Assembly (NCBI GenBank): GCA_033764315.1
Contig: JANRJA010000011.1
Span: 1-64,000, forward strand
Length of the DNA stretch: 64,000 bases
Reading direction: 5' to 3'
Origin: Oculatellaceae cyanobacterium bins.114
Lineage (GTDB): Bacteria > Cyanobacteriota > Cyanobacteriia > Elainellales > Elainellaceae
Positions within the stretch are counted from its first letter, which is position 1, and each line of letters begins with the position of its first letter. Below are positions 1 to 10,077 of this stretch, piece by piece. The notes beneath the pieces are model-generated. The model was given only the letters and a program-made list of their open reading frames with translations. It was not told the DNA's origin and ran no database searches. Made by a program: the position numbers and the translations under genes.

Positions 1-140
1 TACAGTTCATGGCTCCTTATGCTGAAATCGTTACCCAATTACTTCAACTCTCACCCCACAAGTGGCAGTATTATCGCAAGGGTATGAGGGCGATGAAGCT
101 TGTCCAGTCTGCTTTGTAGCTACTCTTGTCACCCCGTCAG
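1..140 (+). mobile_element. Right end of an IS4-family insertion sequence: transposase C-terminus (stop at 117-119) and probable terminal inverted repeat
   Basis: Frame 3 reads QFMAPYAEIVTQLLQLSPHKWQYYRKGMRAMKLVQSAL*, which resembles C-termini of cyanobacterial IS4-type transposases. It is followed by CTTGTCACCCCGTCAG (125-140), a typical end for these elements. Not in the ORF track because the window truncates it. Confidence 0.7.
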
Positions 141-295
141 CTATTCAACTTAAGACACATAAAATTCACTTTAGCAATACTCTTCTATAAGAGTCCCACA
201 GGGTTGCACCTCTCACAAACTATCTGGGATGGCTATTTATCTTTAACGAATTAGAGAAGTTAGGGTTCGATCATTCACAAAAATGAGAAAAATGG

Positions 296-322
296 GAAAG
301 GGGACGGTTAAGCATCCCCTTC
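296..322 (-). terminator. Hairpin downstream of the DUF2808-like gene, possible intrinsic terminator
   Basis: GAAAGGGGA...TCCCCTTTC inverted repeat. Confidence 0.4.
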
Positions 323-426
323 ATTCAAGCCTTAGCCGTTCTAAGCTATAGCAATTGCAAATGGTGAAAACAAGCAATTTATGAAAGATAAAAATTTAGG
401 GATTATCTCTTTCAAAGCAACCCGAA

Positions 427-915
427 TCAACCATCTCCCATTTGAGGTACTTCTACGATCGCCGTACCAATGGGGATTTCACCCAAATCAGAACTGACTG
501 CGAAAACACGATAGGGCACGTTTAAACCCTCAAACTGACCCCGTACTCGTGAATCTTCCATCACCAAACGGATTGTGGTGCCCGCTTGAATAGGTTCCTC
601 AAATGTGACTGTGAAGTTCTCAAAGCCATAGGCGACCTCAGCAGGAATTTCTGCACGGGTTGCAGCATTGGTAACGGTTACACCACTCAGTTGGTGAAAT
701 GTCACACAAACCACCTTGATGCGATCAACTGGATGCGTGCCGTTGACTTGAACTTCGATGTAATGGTCTTCATTTCTGTTTAAGGTGCCTGCACCCGACA
801 CGATGGGGGCTGTGATGCCATATTGTTGTTGAGCTTGAGCAGCGAATGTTGCAAATGGGAGTGCAGTAGACGCGATCGCCAGAACTGACAAAGCTTTGAG
901 CAGTTGACGTTTCAT
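427..915 (-). CDS. Secreted DUF2808-like protein
   Basis: Signal peptide, F.EPI.AG.TI.LV motif and C-terminal EIPIGTA; AAGAGG RBS upstream. Confidence 0.6.
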   Translation of the reverse strand: MKRQLLKALSVLAIASTALPFATFAAQAQQQYGITAPIVSGAGTLNRNEDHYIEVQVNGTHPVDRIKVVCVTFHQLSGVTVTNAATRAEIPAEVAYGFENFTVTFEEPIQAGTTIRLVMEDSRVRGQFEGLNVPYRVFAVSSDLGEIPIGTAIVEVPQMGDG

Positions 916-997
916 AAAACTTACCTCTTGGGTGAATCAAAAATATTGAGCAGCTCTGCAATGTCTAAAAGCGGCTGCTCTCCAGGTCTGTGATTTC

Positions 998-1051
998 ATC
1001 GTAGAGGTGATGACTGAATCATCTCTGAAGGAGGAATAAGTTTTCCCTGAG
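998..1051 (-). promoter_or_regulatory. Putative promoter with four 11-bp-phased direct repeats (OmpR/PhoB-type array) and a TACGAT -10
   Basis: Plus-strand TGAA/TGAA/TAAG/TGAG at 1015, 1026, 1037 and 1048; minus-strand TACGAT at 998-1003. Confidence 0.45.
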
Positions 1052-1117
1052 GAACTCAGTAATCTTGCTGAAACTTGTCGTTTGCCCGATTCACCATGAA
1101 CACCCCTGCTAAAGTCT

Positions 1118-2086
1118 TTAACAGCATCCGCCCCCGGTGTAATGCCAGGTAGATTCTGTAATTAGGACATCTTGCGGAAACTGTAGAGCAAACTTAGCGG
1201 CTGTTTTGTCACAAACCGCCAATGGAATGCCCCGTTGCAACAGATGACCCGCGCGATCGTCTAGATAAGGTTCTGTGCCTGTATAAATCCCAGTTTTGCC
1301 TGTAAACACACAGGCTCCATCCTCTGGGACAGGAACCTTGAATGCCACAGAATCAAGGCTTTCTAGTAATAGAGGAGCCTCCAGATTGTATTGTTGGGTA
1401 TCGAGCAGACGATAGGGACGACGCGCCCGAATCTCAACTTGCCCAAAGCCGATCGCCGTCACATGCTGAATATAATCATCGTAAGCCAGTGCTCCCGACA
1501 GACAGAGGGCGCGTAACCGTTCATCTTGCTGGAGATGAGGTGGAATCGGACGAGTGGCGATCGGGTCACTCATAATCAACCGTCCACCCGGTTTTAAGAC
1601 TCGATAGGCTTCTGATAGTGCTCTTTGTAAATCATCCGGTTCAAAAATGTTAAACAGACAATTCTGTGCCACTACATCGACTGAAGCATCGGATACAGGC
1701 AAGGCAAACGCGTCTCCCTCTAAAATTTTGACAAAATCGGGATTGAACCAGTCATTTTCTTGAGCTGCAAGCTGTAAATTTCGGACAGCTGCTTTCCGCA
1801 TTTCTAAAACTGGATCAACAGCGATCACACCACCAGGTTGACGACAAAAATAGGCAAACTGAAGGGCTTCCAGACCTCCGCCAACACCAATATATAAAAC
1901 GGTTGGGCTGCCAAATAACTCTGTTGGATGTACGGTCGAGCCGCAGCCATAGTTCATCTGCTGCATAATGTCAGGAGTGGTCAGTCCTGGAAGGCGAAGC
2001 GGTGGAGTGCTAACGCAACATAGCCCAACTTGGGGGATTTCAGCCGCTTCAGCATAGAGTTGAGCAGTGGTTTCTAGATAACTCAT
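1118..2086 (-). CDS. arsM: Arsenite S-adenosylmethionine methyltransferase (arsenosugar-pathway ArsM type)
   Basis: GLCC, NYGCG, SAM-binding motif, NCLFN, LC.SGAL and C-terminal GGGCC. Confidence 0.85.
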   Translation of the reverse strand: MSYLETTAQLYAEAAEIPQVGLCCVSTPPLRLPGLTTPDIMQQMNYGCGSTVHPTELFGSPTVLYIGVGGGLEALQFAYFCRQPGGVIAVDPVLEMRKAAVRNLQLAAQENDWFNPDFVKILEGDAFALPVSDASVDVVAQNCLFNIFEPDDLQRALSEAYRVLKPGGRLIMSDPIATRPIPPHLQQDERLRALCLSGALAYDDYIQHVTAIGFGQVEIRARRPYRLLDTQQYNLEAPLLLESLDSVAFKVPVPEDGACVFTGKTGIYTGTEPYLDDRAGHLLQRGIPLAVCDKTAAKFALQFPQDVLITESTWHYTGGGCC

Positions 2087-2364
2087 AAATTCGTTCTTAA
2101 AGGTGCCGTCGGGTTGTTATAGTGAGTCATTGAAAATGGGATGGCACAACCCAAAAGTAGCGCGATCGCACCCATTAAAATCAACACCACTCAAATCAAC
2201 ACTTGGAATCTTAGCATTGCCAAGTACTTGTCTAGCACTTGTCTATCAGCACTTGTCTAATAGACACTACACCAGTTATGAAGCATGTCGTTCCTCAAGA
2301 ACTGACTCTAAACTAAATTTTTGCTGAGGATTGGATGAGTATACTCACAACGCAAGCAGCAAAG

Positions 2365-3690
2365 CTACTCAGCATTGAGCGATCGCTCCAGGGGCTTTTG
2401 GGAGCTTTGCCAGAGAGTCCAGAGACACCCTAAAACAAAAGGCAACCACAATAGAAGCCGTTCTGACTCCGTTAACCGCCAATCAGGTACACGAGACGGC
2501 AAGATAAAGTAAACAAAGGCTGACAGGCTGACCAGACGCACCCCTAAATTTTGGCTAGGCACCGCAAACGGAATCATCCAGGTAAAGTACCAAAAATGAA
2601 TGATGGGGGTCAGCATGAGTAAGCCAAACCAGTACCACTCAGCCAATTGTTGAAAACTCTTTGCTCGCAGGATGAGCCACCCAACCCATAATGCCAGGGG
2701 AAACCCATAAATCCAGTTGGCTTGCAGAGAAGCCTGCCACACCTGAGCGACCCAATAGGGAATCCACTCGGCACTGCGCCCATAGGAGACAAATACTGAT
2801 TCTGTGGGAATTAAAGGACAACGACTCGACTGACAAAACGGTAACGCCGAGAGAAACATCGGGAGCATCCCCATCACGCCAATGCAACCTGCTTGTCCCA
2901 GTTTGAGTTGACGGAGCGATCGCCACATTAAAAACCCCAACATCGGTAATGACATCCATTTCACAGCCACACTGATACCCACTAATAGGGCACTCCAGAG
3001 CCAGTTCAAAGTCCGAGGAGAAGCAGGGCGATCGCACAGTAACCAAGCCCCCACGAGCGGCAAAATAAACCAACTGTCGTAGTGTGCTCCTCCAGCAAAG
3101 GAGTAAATCACCATTGGGTTCCAGGCATAGAGTGTGGAGCGCACCGTGCCAAAACGACGAGACAGCAGCCAACAGACCCCCACATCTGCCACCACAAAGG
3201 CAACCTTAAAGAGATAGAGATTAGGGGCGATCGCCGCCAGCATCCGAAAGCCGAGTTCGGTCAGGGGCGGGTAGATCGCAGTCACATCGGGAAAAACGAC
3301 TTGCGCCCACCACTCCGTGCGGTAGGGTACTAGCTCAGGGGCATTGGGTGCCAGGTGATAGGGACTAAACCCCAGCGTTTGAATATAGCCTTCCCAGAGA
3401 TATCGCCAAACATCAATGCCGGGATGCATAGGCGACAGCAGTAAGCGGGTGGCGATCGCCACTCCCCAAAACCACAGAACAGGAACCCTTTGCAACCTCC
3501 AAGACAACATAAATCCTAGCCCCATCACCCCAGCACCGACCCAAAATTTGTGCAGCGTTGTCACTGGAGCTACATCACCGTTAGGGCTAATGAACACCGC
3601 CCCCAATACAACCAAGAGTGCACTGATTGACAAGCGTAAATTAACTGACTTGAAATTCATCACTAGATGTCTCTTCATCCCTTCATCCAT
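2365..3690 (-). CDS. Polytopic membrane glycosyltransferase (GT-C, GT87/DUF2029-like)
   Basis: D.WRYLWEG, IYPPL, YAWNP and H.D motifs; many TM segments; overlaps the upstream GT2 gene. Confidence 0.75.
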   Translation of the reverse strand: MDEGMKRHLVMNFKSVNLRLSISALLVVLGAVFISPNGDVAPVTTLHKFWVGAGVMGLGFMLSWRLQRVPVLWFWGVAIATRLLLSPMHPGIDVWRYLWEGYIQTLGFSPYHLAPNAPELVPYRTEWWAQVVFPDVTAIYPPLTELGFRMLAAIAPNLYLFKVAFVVADVGVCWLLSRRFGTVRSTLYAWNPMVIYSFAGGAHYDSWFILPLVGAWLLCDRPASPRTLNWLWSALLVGISVAVKWMSLPMLGFLMWRSLRQLKLGQAGCIGVMGMLPMFLSALPFCQSSRCPLIPTESVFVSYGRSAEWIPYWVAQVWQASLQANWIYGFPLALWVGWLILRAKSFQQLAEWYWFGLLMLTPIIHFWYFTWMIPFAVPSQNLGVRLVSLSAFVYFILPSRVPDWRLTESERLLLWLPFVLGCLWTLWQSSQKPLERSLNAE

Positions 3691-4394
3691 CGCACCAGAC
3701 GCTGGCTATACAACCGTCCCAAAGTGCCGAGAATAATCACCCCTGCTTGCATACTCCCACGAAGCGTACCAGAGATTTTCGATCGCCCCCCTTGACGACA
3801 GCGATAGTGCACCGCTAGCTCACAAATGCGTAAGCCACACTCGATCGCCCGTACTTGCATTTCCACCGTCCAGCCAAAACCCCGATCTTGCATTTGAATG
3901 CGGTCTAAAGCGGCATGACGAATTAACCGCAAAGGCCCTAAATCGTGATAGCGATACCCCCAACCCCACTGGATTAGAGTCGTCGCTAAGCCATTTCCAA
4001 AGCGTTGAACTGGAGTCATGGCAGAGCGTCCAGCAGCCGTTGCTGTGCGATCGCCAAGAATCAAATCAAAGCGATCGCGCAAGGTTAACCATTGCGGCAA
4101 CACACTCAAATCATCACTGCCATCACCATCGCAAAACAAGATCCATTGAGTCGAGACAGGCACTTGCTGTAAACCACACCAACAGGCTCGTCCATAACCA
4201 GAGACAGGTTCAGACAAAACAGTGGCACCCGCTCTTACGGCAATCTCTGCACTGCGATCGCGACTACCGTTATCCACCACCCAAATCTGCATTAACCCAT
4301 AAGATTGCAACGTTTGGATCACTTTCTCAAGGGTTGCTTCCTCGTTTAACACCGGAATAATAACGAGAATCGAGTCCAGACAAGATGAATTCAC
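3675..4394 (-). CDS. Glycosyltransferase family 2 (DPM1-like)
   Basis: IIPVLNEE, VVDNGSRD, GYG.AC, FCDGDGSD, G.SKISG. Confidence 0.9.
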   Translation of the reverse strand: MNSSCLDSILVIIPVLNEEATLEKVIQTLQSYGLMQIWVVDNGSRDRSAEIAVRAGATVLSEPVSGYGRACWCGLQQVPVSTQWILFCDGDGSDDLSVLPQWLTLRDRFDLILGDRTATAAGRSAMTPVQRFGNGLATTLIQWGWGYRYHDLGPLRLIRHAALDRIQMQDRGFGWTVEMQVRAIECGLRICELAVHYRCRQGGRSKISGTLRGSMQAGVIILGTLGRLYSQRLVRWMKG

Positions 4395-4434
4395 CAGTTA
4401 TACCAAGTCAACAAATAACGGTAACAGATCAGCG

Positions 4435-4462
4435 GTAGGGACATTGCGCAGAACGCCTTTAC
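4435..4462. repeat. Degenerate GTAG-type REP-like palindrome
   Basis: GTAGGGACATTGCGCAGAACGCCTTTAC; related copy at 59753-59779. Confidence 0.4.
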
Positions 4463-4537
4463 AGGGATAGCACAAACTCATTCAGAGACGATATGAGATG
4501 ACGGAGCGTCGCTAACAGTTGAGACGGTCAGTGTCAA

Positions 4538-6103
4538 TTACAGCCGCTCCTTTAAGCGATCGCCCACTCGCAGTGCATTCGCAATAATCGTCAAGGTTGG
4601 ATTAACACCAGAGTTCGACGGAAAGAAACTACCATCCACGACATAAAGATTATCAACATCATGAGTGCGACAGTTGATGTCAAGGACAGATGTGGTCGGG
4701 TCATCTCCAAAGCGACAGGTGCCACACTGATGTCCTACAGCTTGTAGGGGAATGCTGTTGCGAGGATAAATGCCCATCGGAATGATATAAGGCTGCGTTG
4801 AGTGGTCAATTTTATGTAACGCTTCCATCCACCGTTGAACCAGGCGATCGTGGGGTTTAGTATTGTTGAGTTTATACTCCAAAGACACCTTATCGCCCAT
4901 TAACCGGACTCGATTGTCGGCGTCGGGTAAATCTTCAGATTGCAACCACCAACCCGTTGAATGACTGGCAACCTGCTCTAACCCAAAACCAGGAACCAGT
5001 TTGACCAATGGAGCCAAAGTAGAGGGAGTCTCAGCCGGAATCATGTCTCCTAAAACATTGCCCGTGTTTTGGATTTGTCCCATAGGATAGGGAAAGTCTG
5101 ACTCACCCCAATAAAAATCATTGATCGCGATCGTCTTTTGATAGACAGCCGGATTGGGCTTAGAACTGATCGCCAAAATTGCTGTTGCCAGGTGCTTCAT
5201 AAAGTTGCGCCCAACCTGATCAGAGCGATTGGCTAACCCGTTAGGATGCTGATCATTAGCAGAGCGCAACAGCAACAACGCAGAGTTAATTGCACCACAG
5301 GCAACCACCACAATATTGCTGGTAAACAAACATGATTGCCCCTCAACTTCAGCTTCTACTCCCGTTACTTCGCGCCCTGATGGGCTAGTGTGTAAGCGCA
5401 CAACCTTGGCTTGCGTTACTAACGTCACATTCGCGTGTTGTTGGGCAGGACGCACCGCATTGACATCTGCATCTGCTTTGGCATGTACGAGACATGGAAA
5501 GCCATCACAGGTATTGCAGCGAATGCAATGGCTAAAATCTGAATTTGCTTCATCCAGTTTGATGCCCAACGGCAGGTGAAACGGATGCAATCCCTGGTGC
5601 CGAAATCCATCACAAAACTCTTGCATGCGCGGCTCATGACTCACTGGAGGATGGGGATAGCCCTGACTCATAGGTGGCTCAATCGGATCTTCACCCTGTA
5701 GCCCATGCACGTTATAGAGTTGCTCGGCGGCGGTGTAATAAGGCTCAAAATCTCGGTATTTCAGTGCCCAGGCGGGAGACATGCCCGACTGGTGAGCGAC
5801 TTCATTAAAGTCTCGTTCTCGCATTCGCAAGAGGGCTGCCCCATAGACTTTAGTATTGCCTCCCACCCAATATCCTGTTCCTGGGCGAAAGGGCTTGCCC
5901 TCAAGGTTGTACCACATCTCATCGGTGTGATAGCGTTCTTTTTGATAGACTTCTTTGGCACTCCAATTGGCTTTTTCACGAGGCAAAAAGCTGCCACGCT
6001 CTAAAATCAAAATTTTCTTTCCAGTAGCCGCTAGCCGATGGGCTAACGTGCCTCCTCCTGCACCTGTGCCAATGATGATGATGTCGTAGTGTTGGGCAGT
6101 CAT
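4538..6103 (-). CDS. GMC-family FAD oxidoreductase
   Basis: GTGAGGG Rossmann motif, VGGNTKVYGA, HQCGTCRFG, NPTLTI; start placed at the ATG at 6103. Confidence 0.92.
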   Translation of the reverse strand: MTAQHYDIIIIGTGAGGGTLAHRLAATGKKILILERGSFLPREKANWSAKEVYQKERYHTDEMWYNLEGKPFRPGTGYWVGGNTKVYGAALLRMRERDFNEVAHQSGMSPAWALKYRDFEPYYTAAEQLYNVHGLQGEDPIEPPMSQGYPHPPVSHEPRMQEFCDGFRHQGLHPFHLPLGIKLDEANSDFSHCIRCNTCDGFPCLVHAKADADVNAVRPAQQHANVTLVTQAKVVRLHTSPSGREVTGVEAEVEGQSCLFTSNIVVVACGAINSALLLLRSANDQHPNGLANRSDQVGRNFMKHLATAILAISSKPNPAVYQKTIAINDFYWGESDFPYPMGQIQNTGNVLGDMIPAETPSTLAPLVKLVPGFGLEQVASHSTGWWLQSEDLPDADNRVRLMGDKVSLEYKLNNTKPHDRLVQRWMEALHKIDHSTQPYIIPMGIYPRNSIPLQAVGHQCGTCRFGDDPTTSVLDINCRTHDVDNLYVVDGSFFPSNSGVNPTLTIIANALRVGDRLKERL

Positions 6104-6170
6104 AGATGAAGTCCTTAGCAATAGTGTTTGGATAGGGACAATTTAGATAGAGCCAATTGAGATAGAGACT

Positions 6171-6276
6171 TATAGCTGTAGCCAGCTAACCCAGGACAAA
6201 GGGGGTGTGGGGGCGGTGCCCCCAGCCAGGGGTTCCACCCCTGCACCCCGTCCTCACCTGAATGACTACGGCTATA
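6171..6276. mobile_element. MITE-like element (TATAGC...GCTATA ends, GC-rich internal palindromes)
   Basis: Ends TATAGCTGTAGCCA and TGACTACGGCTATA form an imperfect inverted repeat; interior GGGGGTGTGGGGGC...CCCCAGCCAGGGGTTCCACCCCTGCACCCC. Confidence 0.65.
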
Positions 6277-6357
6277 CATAGAGACAAAGTATTTGCGTCA
6301 ACGTTGGTGAATGATGTGCAATGTCTATTGCCGGTCTATGGCCGGGTGTATCATCGT

Positions 6358-7173
6358 TTATGACAACAGGCGATCGCTTAAATCAACAGCATCATTTGAT
6401 TGATAGCCACAGCGAAAAATGCAACGTTTGTGGTTGTCGTGGTGAAGTTTGGCGCACTTGACGGCTCGCGGCCCAAAGAGCACCTGATATAATTCAGCGG
6501 CAGTAAACATGCCGACCACTGGAGCCAGTACGTACAGCGGAAATGCCGTCCAGTTTTGAGCCGGAAAAGCAGACGCAAAACTCCGAGCAGGATTCATGCC
6601 AAACCCTGAAAGCGGTGCCTCTAAGAAAACATAAAGCATCACCAAGCACCCAGCAAACAACCCAGTGTAGCGACTGAGCTTTTTATGGTTACTGGTGAGC
6701 AACACCACCGTCATCATCATAAAAGCAATCACGAGTTCGCCTAGCAAAGCGGCACCCCAACCCCACCTTCCTGGCACGGTCACAATATAGTTAATGGGCG
6801 GTTGAGTGAATATATTTTGTAAAAGCAGCACCACTAGATAAACACCTGTCACTCCTCCTAAACATTGAAACAGAGTATAGAACAGGGCATCTTGACGCTT
6901 GACTTTGCCTAATCGATAAAACGTTAGGGTGACGGCTGGATTTAGGTGGGCACCCGATTGCTTACCCCAGGGAGAATAAATCAGTGCGATCGCCGTTAAC
7001 CCCATTACCACCCCAATCAACAATCGACGCACATCTCCATTAGAGATGGCTTGATGAACAGGCGAGTTGGGATATTCAAATAAACAGGTAAACACGCCAG
7101 CCGAAATCATGAATAGTCCCAATTCTGCGGCTTCCATCAGGTATTCTGGCAAATGTTGTTTCAGCGTTTCCAC
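6358..7173 (-). CDS. MIP/aquaporin family channel with a Cys/His-rich C-tail
   Basis: SGAHLNPAVT and GMNPARS NPA motifs; GTG start with AGGAGG RBS; tail CAKLHHDNHKRCIFRC. Confidence 0.9.
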   Translation of the reverse strand: METLKQHLPEYLMEAAELGLFMISAGVFTCLFEYPNSPVHQAISNGDVRRLLIGVVMGLTAIALIYSPWGKQSGAHLNPAVTLTFYRLGKVKRQDALFYTLFQCLGGVTGVYLVVLLLQNIFTQPPINYIVTVPGRWGWGAALLGELVIAFMMMTVVLLTSNHKKLSRYTGLFAGCLVMLYVFLEAPLSGFGMNPARSFASAFPAQNWTAFPLYVLAPVVGMFTAAELYQVLFGPRAVKCAKLHHDNHKRCIFRCGYQSNDAVDLSDRLLS

Positions 7174-7285
7174 CGTGATCCCTCCTATGCCCAAAGCTCA
7201 TGGAGAGCATTCTGACAGGCTTGAGAAAATATAGGATGAGAATCAGATAAGCGATCGATGAGTGTTTACCCAGGGATAGGTGTGG

Positions 7286-8539
7286 CTACATCTCTTGCTT
7301 CAGTGGCAACCGGACACTAAAGATAGTTCCTTTGAGTGCAGAAGACTCAATCAGCAGTTCACCGTTATGAGCTTCTACAATTCGCTTAACGATCGCCAAC
7401 CCCAGTCCAGTCCCTTCAGCTTTCGTTGAATAAAAGGGTTGGGTTAAACGCGGTAACACATCCGTAGGAATCGGCGTACCGCCATTGTGTACAGCAATAC
7501 AAATACGTTCACCTGCTTTGTGTGTAACTGACCATCGAATCGTTTCTCCTACTTCAACTGCTTCACACGCATTGCGAATGAGATTGATAAAGACCTGTTT
7601 TAACTTGTCGAGATCACCCAAAATCTGAGCGGGTGATAGCAAAGGACAATATTCAATCAAACGTCCTTGAGCTTCAGGCATCGATTGCAGCGAAGTCAAT
7701 AGTTCTTGAATAAATTCATCGACATTGATTTCAACCAAGCGCAGCGTTTGAGGTTTTGCATAAGACAAAATTTCTTGCAATAGATTAGCTAATCGCCCCG
7801 CTTCATCCATCGCCAAAGACAGTCGGGCTTGAGCCGATTGAGGCAGATCGAGCTTTGTAAAATAGCTCAACCCCATTTGAACCGTTGTCAGAGGATTGCG
7901 AATTTCATGGACAATCATTGCTGCAAACTCTCCAATCGCCGCCAACCGCTCATGCTCAATCAGCTTGGCCTGAGCCTCTCGCAATTCCACAGTGCGTTTT
8001 GTCACTTCGGCTTCTAAGCGGTCATTAAATTGCTGCTGTTGGCGATAAAGGCGATAATTGTCGATCGCCGTTGCAGCCCGTTCTGCAAACAACTCAACCG
8101 TAGCAATGATCTCCGCATCGTAATGCCGAGATTGCCGACTAAAGGAGCAAATGCTACCAATCACATCTCCCTGTAAAACTCGCAGTGGCACCCCCAGATA
8201 ACAGACATAACCTGCCATCCGACTGGCTTCTTCGGGGTAGTGTTCAACGTCCTCAATAAAGAAAGGCCGACCACTTTCAACAACAACTTTTGAAACACTC
8301 TCATGAACTGAAAAAGCCGTTTCAGCATCCCCCAGATCTAAGTTACTGGCAACAATTTGCCCCCTGGATTGTTCATGGAGCGTGACAATCGACCAATCTG
8401 ACTCTAGCAACTGGCTGACTCCGCAGGTAATCTCATGTAGATAACTGTTGAGGTCATGAGAGCGATAACTCAACGTGCTCAATGCTCTTAAAACAATTTG
8501 CCATTGTTTAGCTCGTTGAATATTTTGCCAATCAATCAT
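7286..8539 (-). CDS. GAF-domain sensor histidine kinase
   Basis: GAF domain (YLGVPL), H-box VHEIRNPL, N-box NLIRNA, G-box GTGLGL. Confidence 0.92.
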   Translation of the reverse strand: MIDWQNIQRAKQWQIVLRALSTLSYRSHDLNSYLHEITCGVSQLLESDWSIVTLHEQSRGQIVASNLDLGDAETAFSVHESVSKVVVESGRPFFIEDVEHYPEEASRMAGYVCYLGVPLRVLQGDVIGSICSFSRQSRHYDAEIIATVELFAERAATAIDNYRLYRQQQQFNDRLEAEVTKRTVELREAQAKLIEHERLAAIGEFAAMIVHEIRNPLTTVQMGLSYFTKLDLPQSAQARLSLAMDEAGRLANLLQEILSYAKPQTLRLVEINVDEFIQELLTSLQSMPEAQGRLIEYCPLLSPAQILGDLDKLKQVFINLIRNACEAVEVGETIRWSVTHKAGERICIAVHNGGTPIPTDVLPRLTQPFYSTKAEGTGLGLAIVKRIVEAHNGELLIESSALKGTIFSVRLPLKQEM

Positions 8540-8681
8540 GCTACTGCAACCAACTTTGGAACGGCTTCAACAGAATTGTTGCCATGAGCCTACGTCAGCA
8601 ACACCCCTTGCTGTCGTTGATTCAAGTCAAGTTTGATAGATTCTTTAGATTGTTTTAAGCAGACAGAGCCGCTGTTTAGCG

Positions 8682-9290
8682 TCATCTAGAGGGTTCTAGC
8701 AGCGTGATTCTACGTTTCTGTCGAACGATCGCCCCATCACTTTCAAGTTGAGCCAGAGTTCGAGACAAGACCTCAGGGCTGAGACTGAGATCAGCCGCGA
8801 TGTCTTTAAGGGGTTGTTCTAAGACAATGGTGTTGTTTTCAGGAGGTGTAACTAGATACAGATAGTGCAAAACACGCTCTTGCGCCGAGCGAATGCTGCG
8901 TAACTCTAATGTCACTTTGGTTGTATGCAATCGGTAAGCCAATTGCATCATAAAAGCGATCGCAAAGTGAGGATCTTGCTGAAGAGCTGTTAAGAATACT
9001 GGCTTAGGAAAGACCAAAACTTGAGTCGCTCCTTCTGCGATCGCACTACAAGTATAGCTGTCTAGAAAGAGAGCAATTTCTGCGCAAATCTCACCAGAAT
9101 AAACTGCATAGTGACTGATCGATTGACCACTTGTGGTGTAATGCAACAGCCGAACTTGCCCAGTTTTTATAGCATATATCGCTTGTGGTTCTTCATGACG
9201 GTTAAATAAAACTTGTCCATTGGATAAGTGCTGATATTTCACAGCTGTCTGTAGAGTAGCGGGCAATTGATTAATATCTGAGAAGTCCAT
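8682..9290 (-). CDS. Crp/Fnr family transcriptional regulator
   Basis: cNMP-binding fold plus C-terminal HTH (IAADLSLSPEVLSRTL). Confidence 0.9.
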   Translation of the reverse strand: MDFSDINQLPATLQTAVKYQHLSNGQVLFNRHEEPQAIYAIKTGQVRLLHYTTSGQSISHYAVYSGEICAEIALFLDSYTCSAIAEGATQVLVFPKPVFLTALQQDPHFAIAFMMQLAYRLHTTKVTLELRSIRSAQERVLHYLYLVTPPENNTIVLEQPLKDIAADLSLSPEVLSRTLAQLESDGAIVRQKRRITLLEPSR

Positions 9291-9425
9291 AAATTTTAGA
9301 AAAAATAGCGATCGCGCTTTCCTAGTTCAGAGCTATTTACATCAGTGAGACTGGCAACCGAACATCAAGCGTTAGAACCAGAAAACATTTCTTTCACTGA
9401 TGGTTGATGTAATTGGTATTGAACC

Positions 9426-9500
9426 AGTATGAATTCTTTTTCTGAGCACTAAATGAGAAACACTTGAGGGCAACTTAAGAGAGATTAAGAATTTCTTTAG
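9426..9500 (-). promoter_or_regulatory. Phased direct-repeat array in the divergent Crp/response-regulator promoter
   Basis: TGAG at 9443, 9454 and 9465 and TAAG at 9476 (exact 11-bp period), then TAAG 9486 and TTAG 9497; minus-strand CATACT at 9426-9431. Confidence 0.45.
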
Positions 9501-9645
9501 ACTCCCAATAGCCTGATTAAACGGCTATGCCAACCCCTAGACCCCCTCTCTGAATCTAAAAGGCTTAAGAAAGCTTAAGCTAATTCTCATATCTTCTAAA
9601 AGCATCTAGGGCACATTTAAATCATGCACTCTATATTCTAATTTT

Positions 9646-10077
9646 ATGGTTCCTCACATTTTAGTGATTGATGATCAAATTAGCCTGCCTCACTTCATTG
9701 CAATGGAACTTCGTACAGAAGGTTATCAAGTTAGCATTAACTGTGACGACGTTAGCCCATATTGCATTCCAGAATTAAATCCTGCCTTAATCGTACTCAA
9801 TTGGGAACTACGACGTACTTCTGGGCTCAATGTTTATCGTCAGTTGCGATTAGTTAATCAGCAAATCCCCATTGTGGTTATTACGGCTGAGGATGAGAGT
9901 AGTTGTTGCTTAGCATTAGGATTGGGAGTTCAAACCTGTTTGACAAAACCCTTTTCTATGAATGACTTGTTAACAGCCATTGACTATCATCTCAACCCTA
10001 AACCACAAGCGACAAAACAACCTACTCACAACACACGAGAAGCCAATGTAAAGGAACTGCTCAGATACTCTAAGTAG
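9646..10077 (+). CDS. Single-domain atypical response regulator receiver
   Basis: ILVIDD...LIVLNW (Asn at the phospho-acceptor position)...LTKPF; stop codon lies inside the downstream MITE end. Confidence 0.75.
   Translation: MVPHILVIDDQISLPHFIAMELRTEGYQVSINCDDVSPYCIPELNPALIVLNWELRRTSGLNVYRQLRLVNQQIPIVVITAEDESSCCLALGLGVQTCLTKPFSMNDLLTAIDYHLNPKPQATKQPTHNTREANVKELLRYSK

Noticed and set aside
2225-2266. ACTTGTCTA x3 upstream of arsM as an ArsR operator
   Set aside because: Irregularly spaced short tandem repeat; no arsR present and no basis for the assignment
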